Below, piece by piece: positions 1 through 11,834 of a DNA stretch of 64,000 nucleotides (positions within the stretch are counted from its first letter, which is position 1; each line of letters starts with the position of its first letter). The notes under the pieces were generated by a model, which had not been told where the DNA came from, did not search any database, and worked only from the letters and a program-made list of their open reading frames with translations. The DNA lies in the NCBI RefSeq assembly GCF_006345805.1, contig NC_043011.1, positions 1,488,001 to 1,552,000 of the forward strand. The letters are read 5' to 3'. This stretch comes from Octopus sinensis (lineage: Eukaryota). The position numbers and the translations under genes are program-made.

Positions 1-44
1 CATCCACACACACACACGCACATGTGTTGTGTGAGCACATGTAA

Positions 45-285
45 AGGTGTGTGGCCTAGCGATCAGTGTGATATACTCTCAATTGCCATATCATGGTTTC
101 CAGACCGGGTACTGCATTGTGTTCTTCAGCAAAAATACTTCACTTCATGTTGCCCATTCAGTTGCGATAGAAGAGTTAATCTGTGATGGACTGGCATCTT
201 GCTCAGGGGGAACATTGTGACCTCTAACACTTGTACACTATGAAAACTGAGTAACTACACATGAGTTCGAGGACTTGAGACAGCA
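45..285 (+). mobile_element. Degenerate tRNA-derived SINE
   Basis: Decayed A/B-box head (gtgtggcctagcg...ggtttccagacc), CORE-like body (gtgttcttcagcaaaaatacttcactt) and a ctgtgatggactggcatc...cagggg tail motif. Confidence 0.5.
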
Positions 286-286
286 A

Positions 287-328
287 TATATATACATATA
301 TGTATATATATGTATGTATATATATATA

Positions 329-367
<39 letters not shown>
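287..367. repeat. (TA)n microsatellite
   Basis: Directly visible. Confidence 0.95.
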
Positions 368-371
<4 letters not shown>

Positions 372-750
372 TCAACTTGTGTGTCTGTGTGTATATCTGT
401 GTGTATGTCTGTGTGTTTAACTTCCCAGCTCATCTCCTAGCCAACAAATCGTAAAACCACCAAAAATGGGTCACCTAAAGTTTAAACGAATGAAAATTGA
501 ACTGCGCTATTTCTGTTCCAAAATTCATCTTGCAAGTGCAAAAATCGATAATGTGTTTGTTTAGGCCTTATCCCATGCATTGAATAGTGAACTTTACTCA
601 GTCAGCTGTTTGACGTGAACTGTGTTCACCATGCGTGCAAGCATGTGTAAATTGCATGAAAAATAAAAAATCAAGATATAAAAATGAATCGCCGTAAACA
701 TTGTAGAAATTTGGCAAAGAAATGAATTTTCAGGATGTAGCCTGGAGGGT
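360..750 (+). mobile_element. Non-autonomous Helitron-like 5' segment
   Basis: Starts atatataaaactcaacttgtgtgtctgt, resembling the 5' ends of the Helitrons at 5955, 6465 and 59656 (TCTwTATATATAAAA...TTGTGTGTCTGT). No CTRR 3' end seen. Confidence 0.4.
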
Positions 751-772
751 TTTTTCGTATTAATATATATAT

Positions 773-1210
773 ATATTATATTAAATTAGAGACAAAACCA
801 CTATTAGGCAAATCATACAATGAAAAACTTAAGCCAATACATAAGATTATTTAATTTATATTATTTAAATATATAACATAATTATTAAAAAAATATAATT
901 AATATATCACTACGATCGTTTCATGGCTGTTAATTTATTTAAATTTTCGAGTTACAGTCATTCATGTTTCATGGCTGTTAATTTCTTTAAATTTTCGAGT
1001 TACAGTCATTCATGTTTCATGGCTGTTAATTTTTAATATTTTTTAAATAATTTTTTAAAATAATTTTTAAAAATAATTTTTTTAAATAATTTTTTTAATA
1101 ACTTTGTTATATATTTAAATAATATAAATGAAATAATCTTATGTATTGGCTTAAGTTTTTCATTGTATGATTTGCCTAATAGTGGTTTTGTCTCTAATTT
1201 AATATAATAT
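773..1210. repeat. 106-bp inverted repeat (773-878 / 1105-1210) enclosing about 2.4 copies of a 48-bp tandem unit (starts 918, 966, 1014)
   Basis: Arms are reverse complements with one mismatch seen (ttaatttata vs tataaatgaa). Confidence 0.95.
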
Positions 1211-1292
1211 AATATTTTACTATAAAATTGATTCAATCCTAAATCTGATTTTTCCCTGTAAGTTTGGATTTATTCCCTAATATTTATCATTA

Positions 1293-1328
1293 ATATATAT
1301 ATATATATATATATATATCATCATATAT

Positions 1329-1411
<83 letters not shown>
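1293..1411. repeat. (TA)n microsatellite
   Basis: Directly visible; source of the YIYI ORF at 1333. Confidence 0.95.
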
Positions 1412-1415
<4 letters not shown>

Positions 1416-1477
1416 GGTATGTAGAAAAATACAACATGGACAAGAACGTATAACTCATAGAAGACGATACAATAAAC

Positions 1478-1845
1478 ATGGACAGGACATTCGAACCCCT
1501 CAGTCTTCAGTCAAGAACCGGATCATCGTAGTAATTTCGGCTGATTAATCTTGAGATTACTAGATCACGGCCAGCCCTCCAAGAAAAACTAAGCTGGAAG
1601 CGTAGATTTCCTGGAAGAAGGATCGAATGCATACGAACACCAGGACAGCAAAAGGGACAGATATAGAAAAAACAAAAAACAATAATGGAATACAGAAACA
1701 TGAAATACAGAAGCATTAACGGTGAGAACAACAAGTGTCTTACGACTGATAACAAGCAAACAAATTTTTTCTCTGGCGCATTGAGAGTATGATAGAAGAA
1801 GGCTAACTCTTCCTTCCGTAGAAGAAAAAATTCAAATCGGACCAT
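1478..1845 (-). mobile_element. Interspersed repeat, probable Penelope-like 3' end/pseudo-LTR
   Basis: Homologous to 8365-8596 and 9843-10021 (aatttcggctg...gagatt...ggccagccc...aaaaactaagct). The minus strand carries a degenerate CTGAAGA...CGAA core. The Penelope assignment is from recall. Confidence 0.45.
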
Positions 1846-2159
1846 GTTAACACCAAAAATTATTTACATAAAAAATGTGCCTTTTTTCTATGAAAATCCC
1901 TATTTTTTACAATGTTTTGACTGCCGTGTCGCTATTTTTCGGTGTATTTCACTTAAAGAGAATAACAAGCTACATACTGCTAAATTTTTACTTTTCAAAA
2001 ATTCCAATTCTAAAGGGTCTAAACAAACCGCAATGCTGGGTGATACTGCTAGTATATATATATATTCACATGCACACTCACTCACTAAGCACAAAGTGTT
2101 GAGTGATCATCAAGTTACATTAGACAAACATTTAATGAACAGTTGGTGGGTGGAGTGAG

Positions 2160-2520
2160 ATATATAAAAATTAGGAATGGTTTAAGTGAGTTTGTGGGGA
2201 GAAATCAGAATTTATTTAGGAAGAGAGTATAGAGAAGGAGACAAACAAGTTATATTTTCGTTAGGTATAGATGAAGAAGAATGGATGGTAGAGAGAGTTT
2301 GTATAGTTTGATGGGGAAAGTTTGTTATTGCTTGGAGCTTCCTTATGTAGATGTATTTGAAATTTATTCTTTCTATCCATGTGTTTCATAGATACATTGG
2401 TTATAGTCTCAGCAAATTTCTAATTAGTCATAGAGCACTTCAGGGACAAAAGAACATTTTCGGCAAGTATCATCTACTGTAATCTTGGATTAACCAATAC
2501 ATTTTGAGGGAAATATAATC
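2160..2520 (-). pseudogene. Non-LTR retrotransposon ORF2 C-terminal zinc-knuckle remnant
   Basis: Minus frame reads DDTCRKCSFVPEVLYD*LEIC (decayed CCHC pattern) with many stops. Confidence 0.35.
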
Positions 2521-2741
2521 ATATGAGAGGATCGACATGTATCTTGTGAAGTTTGTGTGTATGTGTGTGTGTGTGCATGCATGCTTTCGTGTGTGCATGC
2601 ATGTGTGTGTGTGTGTTTGTATATGTGTATTTGTGTGTGTTTGTATGACAATTGGAGTTGATTTGTTCAGCTAAAGCAGAGCTACAGCATGACCACAGTT
2701 GAATGACTAAAACAAGTGAAAGATACAATTTATATATATAT

Positions 2742-2947
2742 TTCTTTACTACCCACAAGGGACTAAACACAAGGACAGACAAACGGATTAAGTCGATTAT
2801 ATCGACCCCAGTGCATAACTGGTACTTCATTTATCGACCCCGAAAGGATGAAAGGCAAAGTCGACCTTGGCGGAATTTGAACTCAGAATGTAACGACAGA
2901 GACGAAATACCGCTAAGCATTTCACCCAGCGCGCTAATGTTTCTGAC
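2742..2947 (-). mobile_element. tRNA-derived SINE, family B
   Basis: Reverse complement of 28219-28546 (gagttcaaattccgcc...gtcgactttgcctttcatcctttcggggtcgataaat). Confidence 0.9.
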
Positions 2948-3514
2948 ATGTCATATTGGGCTAACACATTTGAAATATTAACTCTATCATACAAACTGTG
3001 TACCACAGTCAGTTATTTAGAATCAATGTTGATTTTTATATTTGCATCTGGTTACTGTACATTGAAGAGAATATCAATCATAGATTAAGCCTTAAGAACA
3101 ATACATATTTGTATTTCAATCATTGCCTTTTACGAGAGGTAATAAAGCAAAATTTGTAAATAAGGCAAAATTATACATACAATAGTGAAAAAAATAAACT
3201 ATTCACAAACATCTTTCACTATTTTTAGAGTTTCCTGTTGATTTATAAATGCAGGAATTCAATTTATTTTTTACAAAAGTCTTCTATTGGTTTTTAAATG
3301 CTCTAAGCTTCACGGATGTGCCTTTGGTTACACCTAATTGAATTTGCTTTCAAGAATGGTTTTCATTTTTTGCTTTTGCAATTCTTGCTTATTTTATTCT
3401 TTTCTATGTTGTTCTTGTAATTTCCTAGAGTCTTCATTGTTCACAGTATTTGAAATGTTTTCTGTTTCCTAGAATTTTTTAAAAAGAGTTATTATGCATT
3501 CCACTGACATTTTA

Positions 3515-3890
3515 AGGGCAGGCATGGCTGTGTGATTAAGGAGCTTGCTTCCAGAGCATATTCTTTGGGGTTCAGTCCCACTGCATGCCACCTTAGGGAA
3601 GTGTCTTCTATTGTAGCTCTGGGCTGAAACAAAGCCTTGTAAGTGAATCTGGTAGATGGAAACTGAAAGAAACCTGTTGTGTGTATGTGTGTGTACATGC
3701 ATGAGTTTGTGTGTACCCTAGTCTTCACATCATGTAAATGAGCATCACTGTCATGTAAGCAATGTTGCTCGTTTCCAGTCTTTCATGTAAAACATGTCTG
3801 GCCAAGGGAAAATATTAGCTTGCTCAGAAATACATGATTGTTAGCACAGAAAAAGCATCAGGCCAGAAAAATCTGCCTCATCAAATTTCA
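3515..3890 (+). mobile_element. Old SINE with family-A tRNA head and RTE-like tail
   Basis: Head ggcatggctgtgtgattaag...ggttcagtcccactgcatg, then aagccttgtaagtgaatctggtagatggaaactgaaagaa. Confidence 0.75.
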
Positions 3891-4474
3891 AATGAATAAT
3901 GCAAACATAGAAATGGGGACATGAAAACAACAAGGATGGTGATGATGATGATTTGCACAACCTTTCCAAGAACAAGACTGGTAAAATACATATACAAACC
4001 ATTGTATAGTGAAACTGTACACACCTGGTGGTAAAAAGTGGTAGTAACCAGCCATTATAAATAAACCAGTAGCTGGTTGACAGAGAAGGTTGAGAGTACG
4101 TGTGGACTGTGTTGATAGTCGTGTTTGTGCTGGTATAGTAATTATGCTGTGATACTGAGTAGATGTTATAGTGATCAACCTTTTGAGGATAATAACACTG
4201 TACAGCTGGGGGTCATGCAGTGACAGATAGAAACATTGTATCAACAACTTTGAAATATAACAATATCTGTCAGGGTGACAACTGTCATCAAAAGACAGAT
4301 GCAATCAGTGGCAAAATACCACCTTGCAACAGTGGCGACAGGAAAAACAAATTTACATGGAGTGAAAAAAAAATATTCACATGGAGAGTTTAAACTAATT
4401 CATGTGGAAAATTAAATACCTTGACAAAAAAGAAACAAAAATCTTGTTTTGTAAACTTACGAAAATCCTAAAAT

Positions 4475-5200
4475 ATGGAAGACTTGTTAGTTGGGATAGT
4501 TGAGTTACAAAAACAGAAACAACAACTCAAGGAACAACGAGAACAACAACAATGATTGCAGCAGCAAATGCTCCACTTAATTCATGCATGTAAGAATTGA
4601 AAACACTAGTGTCAGAATGCAATTAGACACGGGAAGTGATATCCCAATCATAAATAAGAAAACATGGGAACAAATGGGTAAACCAAAATTATGTAGTTCA
4701 AACCAAATAGCCCACAGTGTTACGGGAAGAAAATTATATTAAAAGCATGGACAAGGAAGTTGAAAACCTTGGTAAAAAGCTACAGATGATGTGTGCTGGC
4801 AGTGAAACTACCTGCTACAAAATGTGAACCTTGGCTGGAAGTGAAAATACCATGGTCCTGATTGCATATTGACTTTGCAGGCCTAGTAAATGGACATTAT
4901 TACTTAATAGTAGTGGACAGCTACACAAAATGGCCTGAAATCACGAGGTGTAATTAGTGATAAGGTATATATAAGAATGTACAAAAATGGCAAGCAATAC
5001 TGGAAAGAAGGAGAAATTGTAACATACATAGGAAGAATGATGTATGGTGTAAGAAGCAGAAATAGAATGGAAAGGAGACATAGAAATCAGCTTAAGGAAA
5101 GAGTCAAAGAAAAGGAATCAACAAGAATAGAAAGACTGATGAATTGGCTATATGACACTTTTCAGGTTCCAACATCGTTACAAGAAGTCTAAACCACACA
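4475..5200 (+). pseudogene. Gypsy gag-pol remnants (gag start, protease, integrase)
   Basis: MEDLLVGIVELQKQKQQ (gag start); MQLDTGSDIPIINKKTWEQMGKPKL (DTG protease); PWS*LHIDFAGLVNGHYYLIVVDSYTKWPEI (integrase core start). RT and RNase H are missing; stops and frameshifts present. Confidence 0.9.
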
Positions 5201-5261
5201 TACAAGGAAAAGGAAGAACGCTGAATTCCTAAAAGTAGACTCAAGGCAGAAAAGATATTGA

Positions 5262-5557
<296 letters not shown>

Positions 5558-5559
<2 letters not shown>

Positions 5560-5955
5560 AGCAGTATCGCCCGGCGTTGCTCGGGTTTGTAAGGGAAATA
5601 ACTATATAAGCATTTTCAGTGAGTTATAGCAAAAAAAAAGCAAAAAATGCATTAAAAATGGAATAAAAAATGATGGTAATTTTTTTTTTAAATCGTTGAC
5701 TTATCGTAGACATTTTTAGAGAGTTACTTCCCTTATATAATAGCAAAAAAATGCATTAAAATGGAAAAAAATTATGGTAAATTATTTTTAAAATCTTAGA
5801 CTCATCGTAGACGCGCGCTAATACCCAGAAGGGCTCGATATGAATCACAACTATAAGATACCCGGTTTTGGTTAAACTGCACCGCAAAATGTGGGAGTAG
5901 TTAGGAATCTAAATCGTAGGAGACAGACACACAACTTCACTTTTATATATAAAGA
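5558..5955 (-). mobile_element. Complete non-autonomous Helitron
   Basis: Minus strand starts TCTTTATATATAAAA and ends with hairpin CCCGAGCAACGCCGGG followed 8 nt later by CTGG (CTRR). Flanked by A and T; same family as 59281-59656. Confidence 0.85.
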
Positions 5956-6244
5956 TTTGTGCAACAACTAAAACATTCGGTTGTGCAAATTATTTGCACC
6001 GGAAACCTTCCCTGTGTGGTGTGTTTCCCGATTTTGTAGAATTTGCTTTCGGGCTTTCTTAGCCATTTCTGTTTTGGCGACTTCAAGCCATGAAGTCGTT
6101 GTTCTAAAAGAATGCTGGTCTCCTTGACAACGCTTTACGACGTTGATTTTCTTACACTCCCTTCCCCACAGCTTCAAGAGGGAGGGAAGAAGGGGGAGAA
6201 GCAACACAAGTGCAGGTATGAGCATGGACGCCAACTCCGCCGCC

Positions 6245-6465
6245 AATTAAAAAAATATGCGTTAAAATGGAAAAAAATTATGGTAAATTATTTTTAAAAT
6301 CGTAGACTCATCGTAGACGCGCGCTAATACCCAGACGGACTCGATATTAATCACAACTATAAGATACCCGGTTTTGGTTAAACTGCACCGCAAAATGTGG
6401 GAGTAGTTAGGAATCTAAATCGAAGGGGACAGACACTCACACAACTACAGTTTTATATATATAGA
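6245..6465 (-). mobile_element. 5' part of the same Helitron family
   Basis: Near copy of about 5745-5955; 5' end TCTATATATATAAAACTGTAGTTGTGTG. Confidence 0.8.
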
Positions 6466-6944
6466 TATAAAAGGAAGAGGTAGAGTGAATAAAAGAAATT
6501 GATTGTAAAATAAAAAATTAAAAGGAGAGATGTGCAGTGAAACTGTACGTGTCAAGCAGTAAAAAGTGGTAGTAGCCAGCCATTATAAATAGACCAGTAG
6601 CTGGTTGACATAGAAGGTTGAGAAGGGCAGATGGTCAAGAGTATATGTAGACAGTGTTGATAGTCGTGTTTGTGCTGATGTAGTGATTATATTGTGATAC
6701 TGAGTGGATGTTATAATGATTCAACCTTTTGAGGATAATAACACTGTACAACTGGGGGTCATGCAGTGACAGATAGAAACATTCTATTGACAACTTCAAA
6801 ATATAACAATATCTATCAGAGCGACACCTGTCATCAAAAGACAGATGCAATCAGTGGCAAAAGACTGACTGCTTTACAACACAATCATATATGAATTGCA
6901 TTCCATCATGCATGCATATACTTTTGTGCACATACACATGTATA

Positions 6945-7150
6945 TATATCACAGTCGCCATGATAGATCATTAGCCACTACACACATTTTTTTTCTCTCC
7001 TTGTTTCTCTCCTTGTTTTTTCTGTGTACCTTTCTGTAGAAGAGCATAGGCTCGAAACATAAAAGACTTTTTCTATTCCTGAGCGTTATACTAATACATT
7101 TATTTGTTTTGTACACCACCTGTCTTCGTCTTTTGTTTTTTTCGTAAACT
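6945..7150 (+). mobile_element. Probable Penelope-like terminal repeat fragment
   Basis: tttctgtagaagagcataggctcgaaacataaaagact, a decayed hammerhead-like core in pyrimidine-rich flanks. Assignment from recall. Confidence 0.45.
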
Positions 7151-7414
7151 TTCCCTTTATATATATATATATACGGTGTTCATCATTCAAGGTTAACCAT
7201 GTAGCTGTATATGCATACAGAGGCCTGGCTAAGGTTATTTTTCTAAGAAAGTCTGGCCTTTGTCTCCTTTCTTCACACAACAAATATTTATTCAAAGGAA
7301 AGGTCACTGACTTTACCCAGTGCACTTCGACACAAAGGTCATCACTGGCATTGTTGTCAAAATGCAAAGAGCCAGAATAAATGCTGCAAGGTACCTCACC
7401 CAACTCTCTAAAAG

Positions 7415-7570
7415 TTTCACCAATCCACTACTTGAGACTGGTACTTTTTTTTATTGATCTTCAAAGTAAGAAAGGCAAAGTTGATCTTAGCTGAATTTGA
7501 ATTTAAGGTGCAGAGAGTTGGAACAAACACTGTGAGATATTGTAGCCAGTCCTCTAGTGACACTGCCAAT
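7415..7570 (-). mobile_element. Degenerate family-B SINE
   Basis: ctggtactttttttattgatc...aaggcaaagttgatcttagctgaatttgaa matches family B. Confidence 0.7.
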
Positions 7571-7948
7571 TTATCATGCGTGTATCCAGTATGCATATAT
7601 GTATGTTTTGCATTTGTGTACATTTGTATGTGTATGTATGCATGTACATATGTATTCCGTTTTGAAAAAAGTTTTTATTAGAATTCTTTATTAAAAGGAA
7701 GGAGCTGGTTTCTGGTTTCTAAAAGAGAAATGAAAGCTTCATTGGAATTTGGATAACAATAATGATAATTGTCGCAAGAAAATTTTGTATATTTTTATTG
7801 TTCCATTTACAGACTGTAAGTGCAAAGTGCATATTAGTCTGTCTTTATTTCCTTGAAAATTCAAAATTCTCCAGATTGTGGCTTAGACATTTCCTAACAT
7901 AATGGAATATACCAATGCTTATTTGTATAAATGTTATAATCAAAATGT

Positions 7949-8283
7949 GGAGGCACAATGGCCCAGTGGTTAGGGCAGTGGATTCGCGGTCATAGGATCG
8001 CGGTTTCGATTCCCAGACCGGGCGTTGTGAGTGTTTATTGAGCGAAAACACCTAAAGCTCCACGAGGCTCCGGCAGGGATGGTGGTGATCCCTGCTGTAC
8101 TCTTTCACCACAACTTTCTCTCACTCTTACTTCCTGTTTCTGTTGTACCTGTATTTTAAAGGGCTGGCCTTGTCACTCTCTGTGTCACACTGAATATCCC
8201 CGAGAACTACGTTAAGGGTACACGTGTCTGTGGAGTGCTCAGCCACTTACACGTTAATTTCACGAGCAGGCTGTTCCGTTGAT
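7949..8283 (+). mobile_element. tRNA-derived SINE, family D
   Basis: Clear Pol III boxes (tggcccagtggttagg; ggtttcgattccc) followed by a distinct body ending cacgttaatttcacgagcaggctgttccgttgat. Confidence 0.8.
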
Positions 8284-8364
8284 TTCAAAGCAAACGTCCA
8301 TAAATATTCTTCTTGATTTTTAGAAGAGATGTTTTCATGAGTAGGGCAACTTACTTTTATGAAC

Positions 8365-8596
8365 TGCTATGCTAACACTTGGTAGAATTTTTGAAGAGAA
8401 TGTCCCTCCAATATTTCTTGGGACAACAAAACATCCAGATAGACAGTACAAAGAATACAAGGACGGGTCATTCGAAGGTTTTCTATCCTCAGTTGAGTTT
8501 CAGATTATCTTTGCAATTTCGGCTAGTTATACTCGAGATTGCTCCAATCTGGCCAACCCCAAGGAAAAACTAAGCTAAGAGCATTAGATTCCTTGA
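8365..8596 (+). repeat. Interspersed repeat copy (second copy 9843-10021, related 1478-1620)
   Basis: About 175 bp nearly identical to 9843-10021. Its start (gctaacacttggtagaatt) overlaps the end of 28595-28825. Confidence 0.85.
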
Positions 8597-8599
8597 ATG

Positions 8600-8830
8600 T
8601 ATTTAAAAGCAGAGATGTTGTCTATATCTATTCAAGGATAGTATATTTTTATGGATAACATTTTATATTGTTTTAGCAATAACATCACGCTGTAGCATGA
8701 GGTAGTTCTTTGATAACGTTTCTGGACAACTGCTGATTGTATATATTATGTCCTACACATTTGCAGTTAGGATTTAAGATGGTCACTTTGCATAGAATTC
8801 CATTTGTTCACTAAGTAGCTCGGCTCTTTT
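8600..8830 (-). pseudogene. R4/Dong-like (RLE-type) LINE zinc-knuckle remnant
   Basis: Minus strand gives an ISSCPETLSKNYLMLQRDVIAKTI*NVIH remnant, matching the HxxSxCP...RHDxVAK pattern. Confidence 0.6.
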
Positions 8831-8917
8831 ATTTAAGCTAAGACAACTCTTGGGGTTTGTAATTATATGAATTGGTTGTGGTGTATGCATGGCTGTGTGT
8901 GTGTGTGTGTGTATATA

Positions 8918-8951
<34 letters not shown>

Positions 8952-9072
8952 AGTGCTTTGGTTTTACAGGGATCTCCCTTTTAAGTAGAAAGAATAGCCA
9001 AAACTTTTTGACTGCTATTTCTAAATTCGGTGTGTGGTGAGGCAAATCGTTGCTAAACCCTTAATTACTTAC

Positions 9073-9103
<31 letters not shown>

Positions 9104-9234
9104 GTGTAGTATGATATATATATCACACTACACACAAGTGTGTATGCTTCATTGTTGTTTGTGTGTGCGTGTGTGTGCATGTGCATGTGTGTGTATTCAT
9201 ATTCCACATGTATCCCAAGAACTAATGGAGAAAA

Positions 9235-9680
9235 TTTGGAATGTCCAAATTTTCACTGTAATGCTAATCAATTCTATTTGGATAATGTGAAGCAGTATGC
9301 TCTGTTTTGCTTTTTTGAAGAACTCTAAGGTTTCCTAGATATTTATGCAGATCCATAGCTTCATAGCCCAGTGCACCCATGACAATAAGCACAAATGAAA
9401 ATCTATAGCAAGGATATAAGAGCTGTAGGTTTCTCATTCGTTCATCAGATATTTTCCTTTTCTACAATTTCTGATGGCACATTGTCATCTGCTAGGTAGC
9501 TCAGTGCATGATGTTTTGTAAAATCCCATTGAAAAAAATCTGGCCTGTTGTGTTTATGTTCCATAGCAGTTTTTATTTGAATGTTCCACTAATGTTATAT
9601 ATTTTTAAGGGCGTGGATAATTTCTGGTTCTGCTGTGTCTTTGGTATACCTGCTTTTAGTGACAATGTTATGTTTCTTGG
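9235..9680 (-). pseudogene. R4/Dong-like LINE restriction-like endonuclease C-terminus
   Basis: WNIQIKTAMEHKHNRPD ... MRNLQLLYPCYRFSFVLIVMGALGY ... TVKIWTF; PD motif and IxxGALG pattern. Confidence 0.75.
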
Positions 9681-9722
9681 AAGATGTATGTGTGTGTGTA
9701 CATACATACATACATACATACA

Positions 9723-9756
<34 letters not shown>

Positions 9757-9842
9757 CACACACATATGTATATATATATATATATAAAATACAAAATAGG
9801 ACAAGACTGCAAAGCATCCAGACAGTTAGGTGAGACAAGAAA

Positions 9843-10021
9843 GGGACAACAAAACATCCAGATAGACAGTACAAAGTATACAAGGACGGGTCATTCGAAG
9901 GTTTTCTTTCCTCAGTCGAGTTTCAGATTATCTTTGCAGTTTCAGCTGGTTATACTCGAGATTGCTCCAATCTGGCCAAGCCCAAGGAAAAACTAAGCTA
10001 AGAGCATTAGATTCCTTGAAA
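9843..10021 (+). repeat. Second copy of the 8365-8596 repeat
   Basis: Direct sequence match. Confidence 0.85.
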
Positions 10022-10262
10022 GAAAGCAGCGAATGTATATAAAAACAAGAATGGAAAAAATGGAGAAAGTTACACAAATACAAATAACAGGACATAACAA
10101 CAGGTGTCTTTCGACTAAGGATGAATTCATTTAAGCTGGCACATGAGGAAGTAAAGCCTTACAGCAGGGATACAAGATTTCACAGACACAGGGAAGAATA
10201 TAGATGTTGCATGGACAATATATATATATATGTATGTATGTATGTAAGTATGTTATGTATAT

Positions 10263-10425
10263 AGGTGCAGGTGTGGCTGTGTGGTAAGTAGCATGTCTCC
10301 AAACTACATGGTTCTAGGCTCAGTCCCACTATATGGCACCTTGAGCAAGTGTCTTTTACTATAGCCTCAGGCTACTCAAAGCTTTGTGAGAGGTCTTAGT
10401 AAACAAAAACTGAAAGAAGCCTGTT

Positions 10426-10466
<41 letters not shown>

Positions 10467-10673
10467 ACCTCCACCACCACTAGACAACCACTGTTGGTGC
10501 ACTTACATCGCAGTAACATAGCAGTTCAGCAAAAGAATCTGATAGAATAAGTACCAGGCTTAACAAAAAGTGCTGGGGGGTCGATTCATTTGACTAAAAA
10601 TTCTTCAAGTTGTTGCCCCAACATGGCCACAGTCGAATGACTGAACCAAGTAAAAGATAGAAGATAAAAGAGA
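10263..10673 (+). mobile_element. SINE family A (degenerate)
   Basis: tRNA head gtggctgtgtggtaag...cagtcccact, internal (TG)n, tail catggccacagtcgaatgactgaaccaagtaaaaga. Confidence 0.85.
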
Positions 10674-11407
10674 TATCATCATCATCATCATCATCATCAT
10701 TGTCCACCTCTGACATCTTTTTATTTTATTGCCTTCCTGTCTTCTTTATCCTGAGAAGGAACGTCTCAAATGTTGGATACTTTACTCCCCATAGCAGTTT
10801 CACTGTACACTATTACTTAAACCAAATAATACCAACCTTACCAACACAAACCACTACCAGTTTTCAATTCTGTTTTAACTGACACACACGCACACATTTA
10901 TATAATGTGTATATGTATTTGTGTATACACATATGCACAAGTGTACATATACTGATAGACGCACACACACACATACATACACACTCACAAGCATAAATAG
11001 ACACTTCCTTTCATCTATAAAGAATTTACAGAGAATCTCTCAAAATTATATTTGCCACTTGAGACTTTATTTTCTGTTGACTTGTAGTAATGGGACAAAG
11101 TTTATATCTTTCTTTATTTCCTATGTTATTGCAGTCAATTGATAACTCTCATAGAACACAAATACTGTTTTGAAAACCATTTTAATACCACTCAATTTTG
11201 TTTCTGGATTTAATGAGTTGATATAGTGAACAAATTATGTTATGGAAATAGTGAGTTCAAAATCTGCTGCAGATGTTTCAGTTTTGTTTATGTTAACATT
11301 TTCTTATCCTGGTTCCAGTCTGTAAGGAATGTGCACCATATTTACTTAGACATGTAACTGTGTTAACACATTCAATGTGGGGAGGCATTGACATGTTCAA
11401 TAACAAT

Positions 11408-11808
11408 AGGTGAAGGAGTGGCTGTGTGGTAAGTAGCTTGTTTACCAACCACATGGTTCCGGGTTCAGTCCCACTACATAGCACCTTGGGCAAGTGTCTT
11501 CTACTATAGCCTCGGGCCGACCAATGCCTTGTGAGTGGATTTGGCAGACGGAACCTGAAAGAAGCCCATCGTATATATATATATATATGCGTGTGTGTGT
11601 GTGTCTGTGTTTGTCCCCCTAGCATTGCTTGACAACCGATGCTGGTGTGTTTATGTCCCCGTCACTTAACGGTTCAGCAAAAGAGACCGATAGAATAAGT
11701 ACTGGGCTTACAAAAGAATAAGTCCCGGGGTCGAGTTGCTCGATTAAAGGTGATGCTCCAGCATGGCCACAGTCAAATGACTGAAACAAGTAAAAGAATA
11801 AAAGAGTA
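11408..11808 (+). mobile_element. SINE family A
   Basis: Full-length: A box tggctgtgtggt, B box ggttcagtccc, internal (TA)n(TG)n, tail aagtaaaagaataaaagagta. Confidence 0.92.
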
Positions 11809-11834
11809 ACAATGATTATGTTATGAATAAAACA

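Noticed and set aside
7086-7403. 105-aa ORF with exon-like splice sites
   Set aside because: Starts in sequence resembling a decayed family-B SINE head and runs through a Penelope-like repeat and (TA)n.
7949-8025. tRNA gene (likewise the other SINE heads)
   Set aside because: A/B boxes are present, but there is no complete cloverleaf and the sequence continues into SINE bodies.
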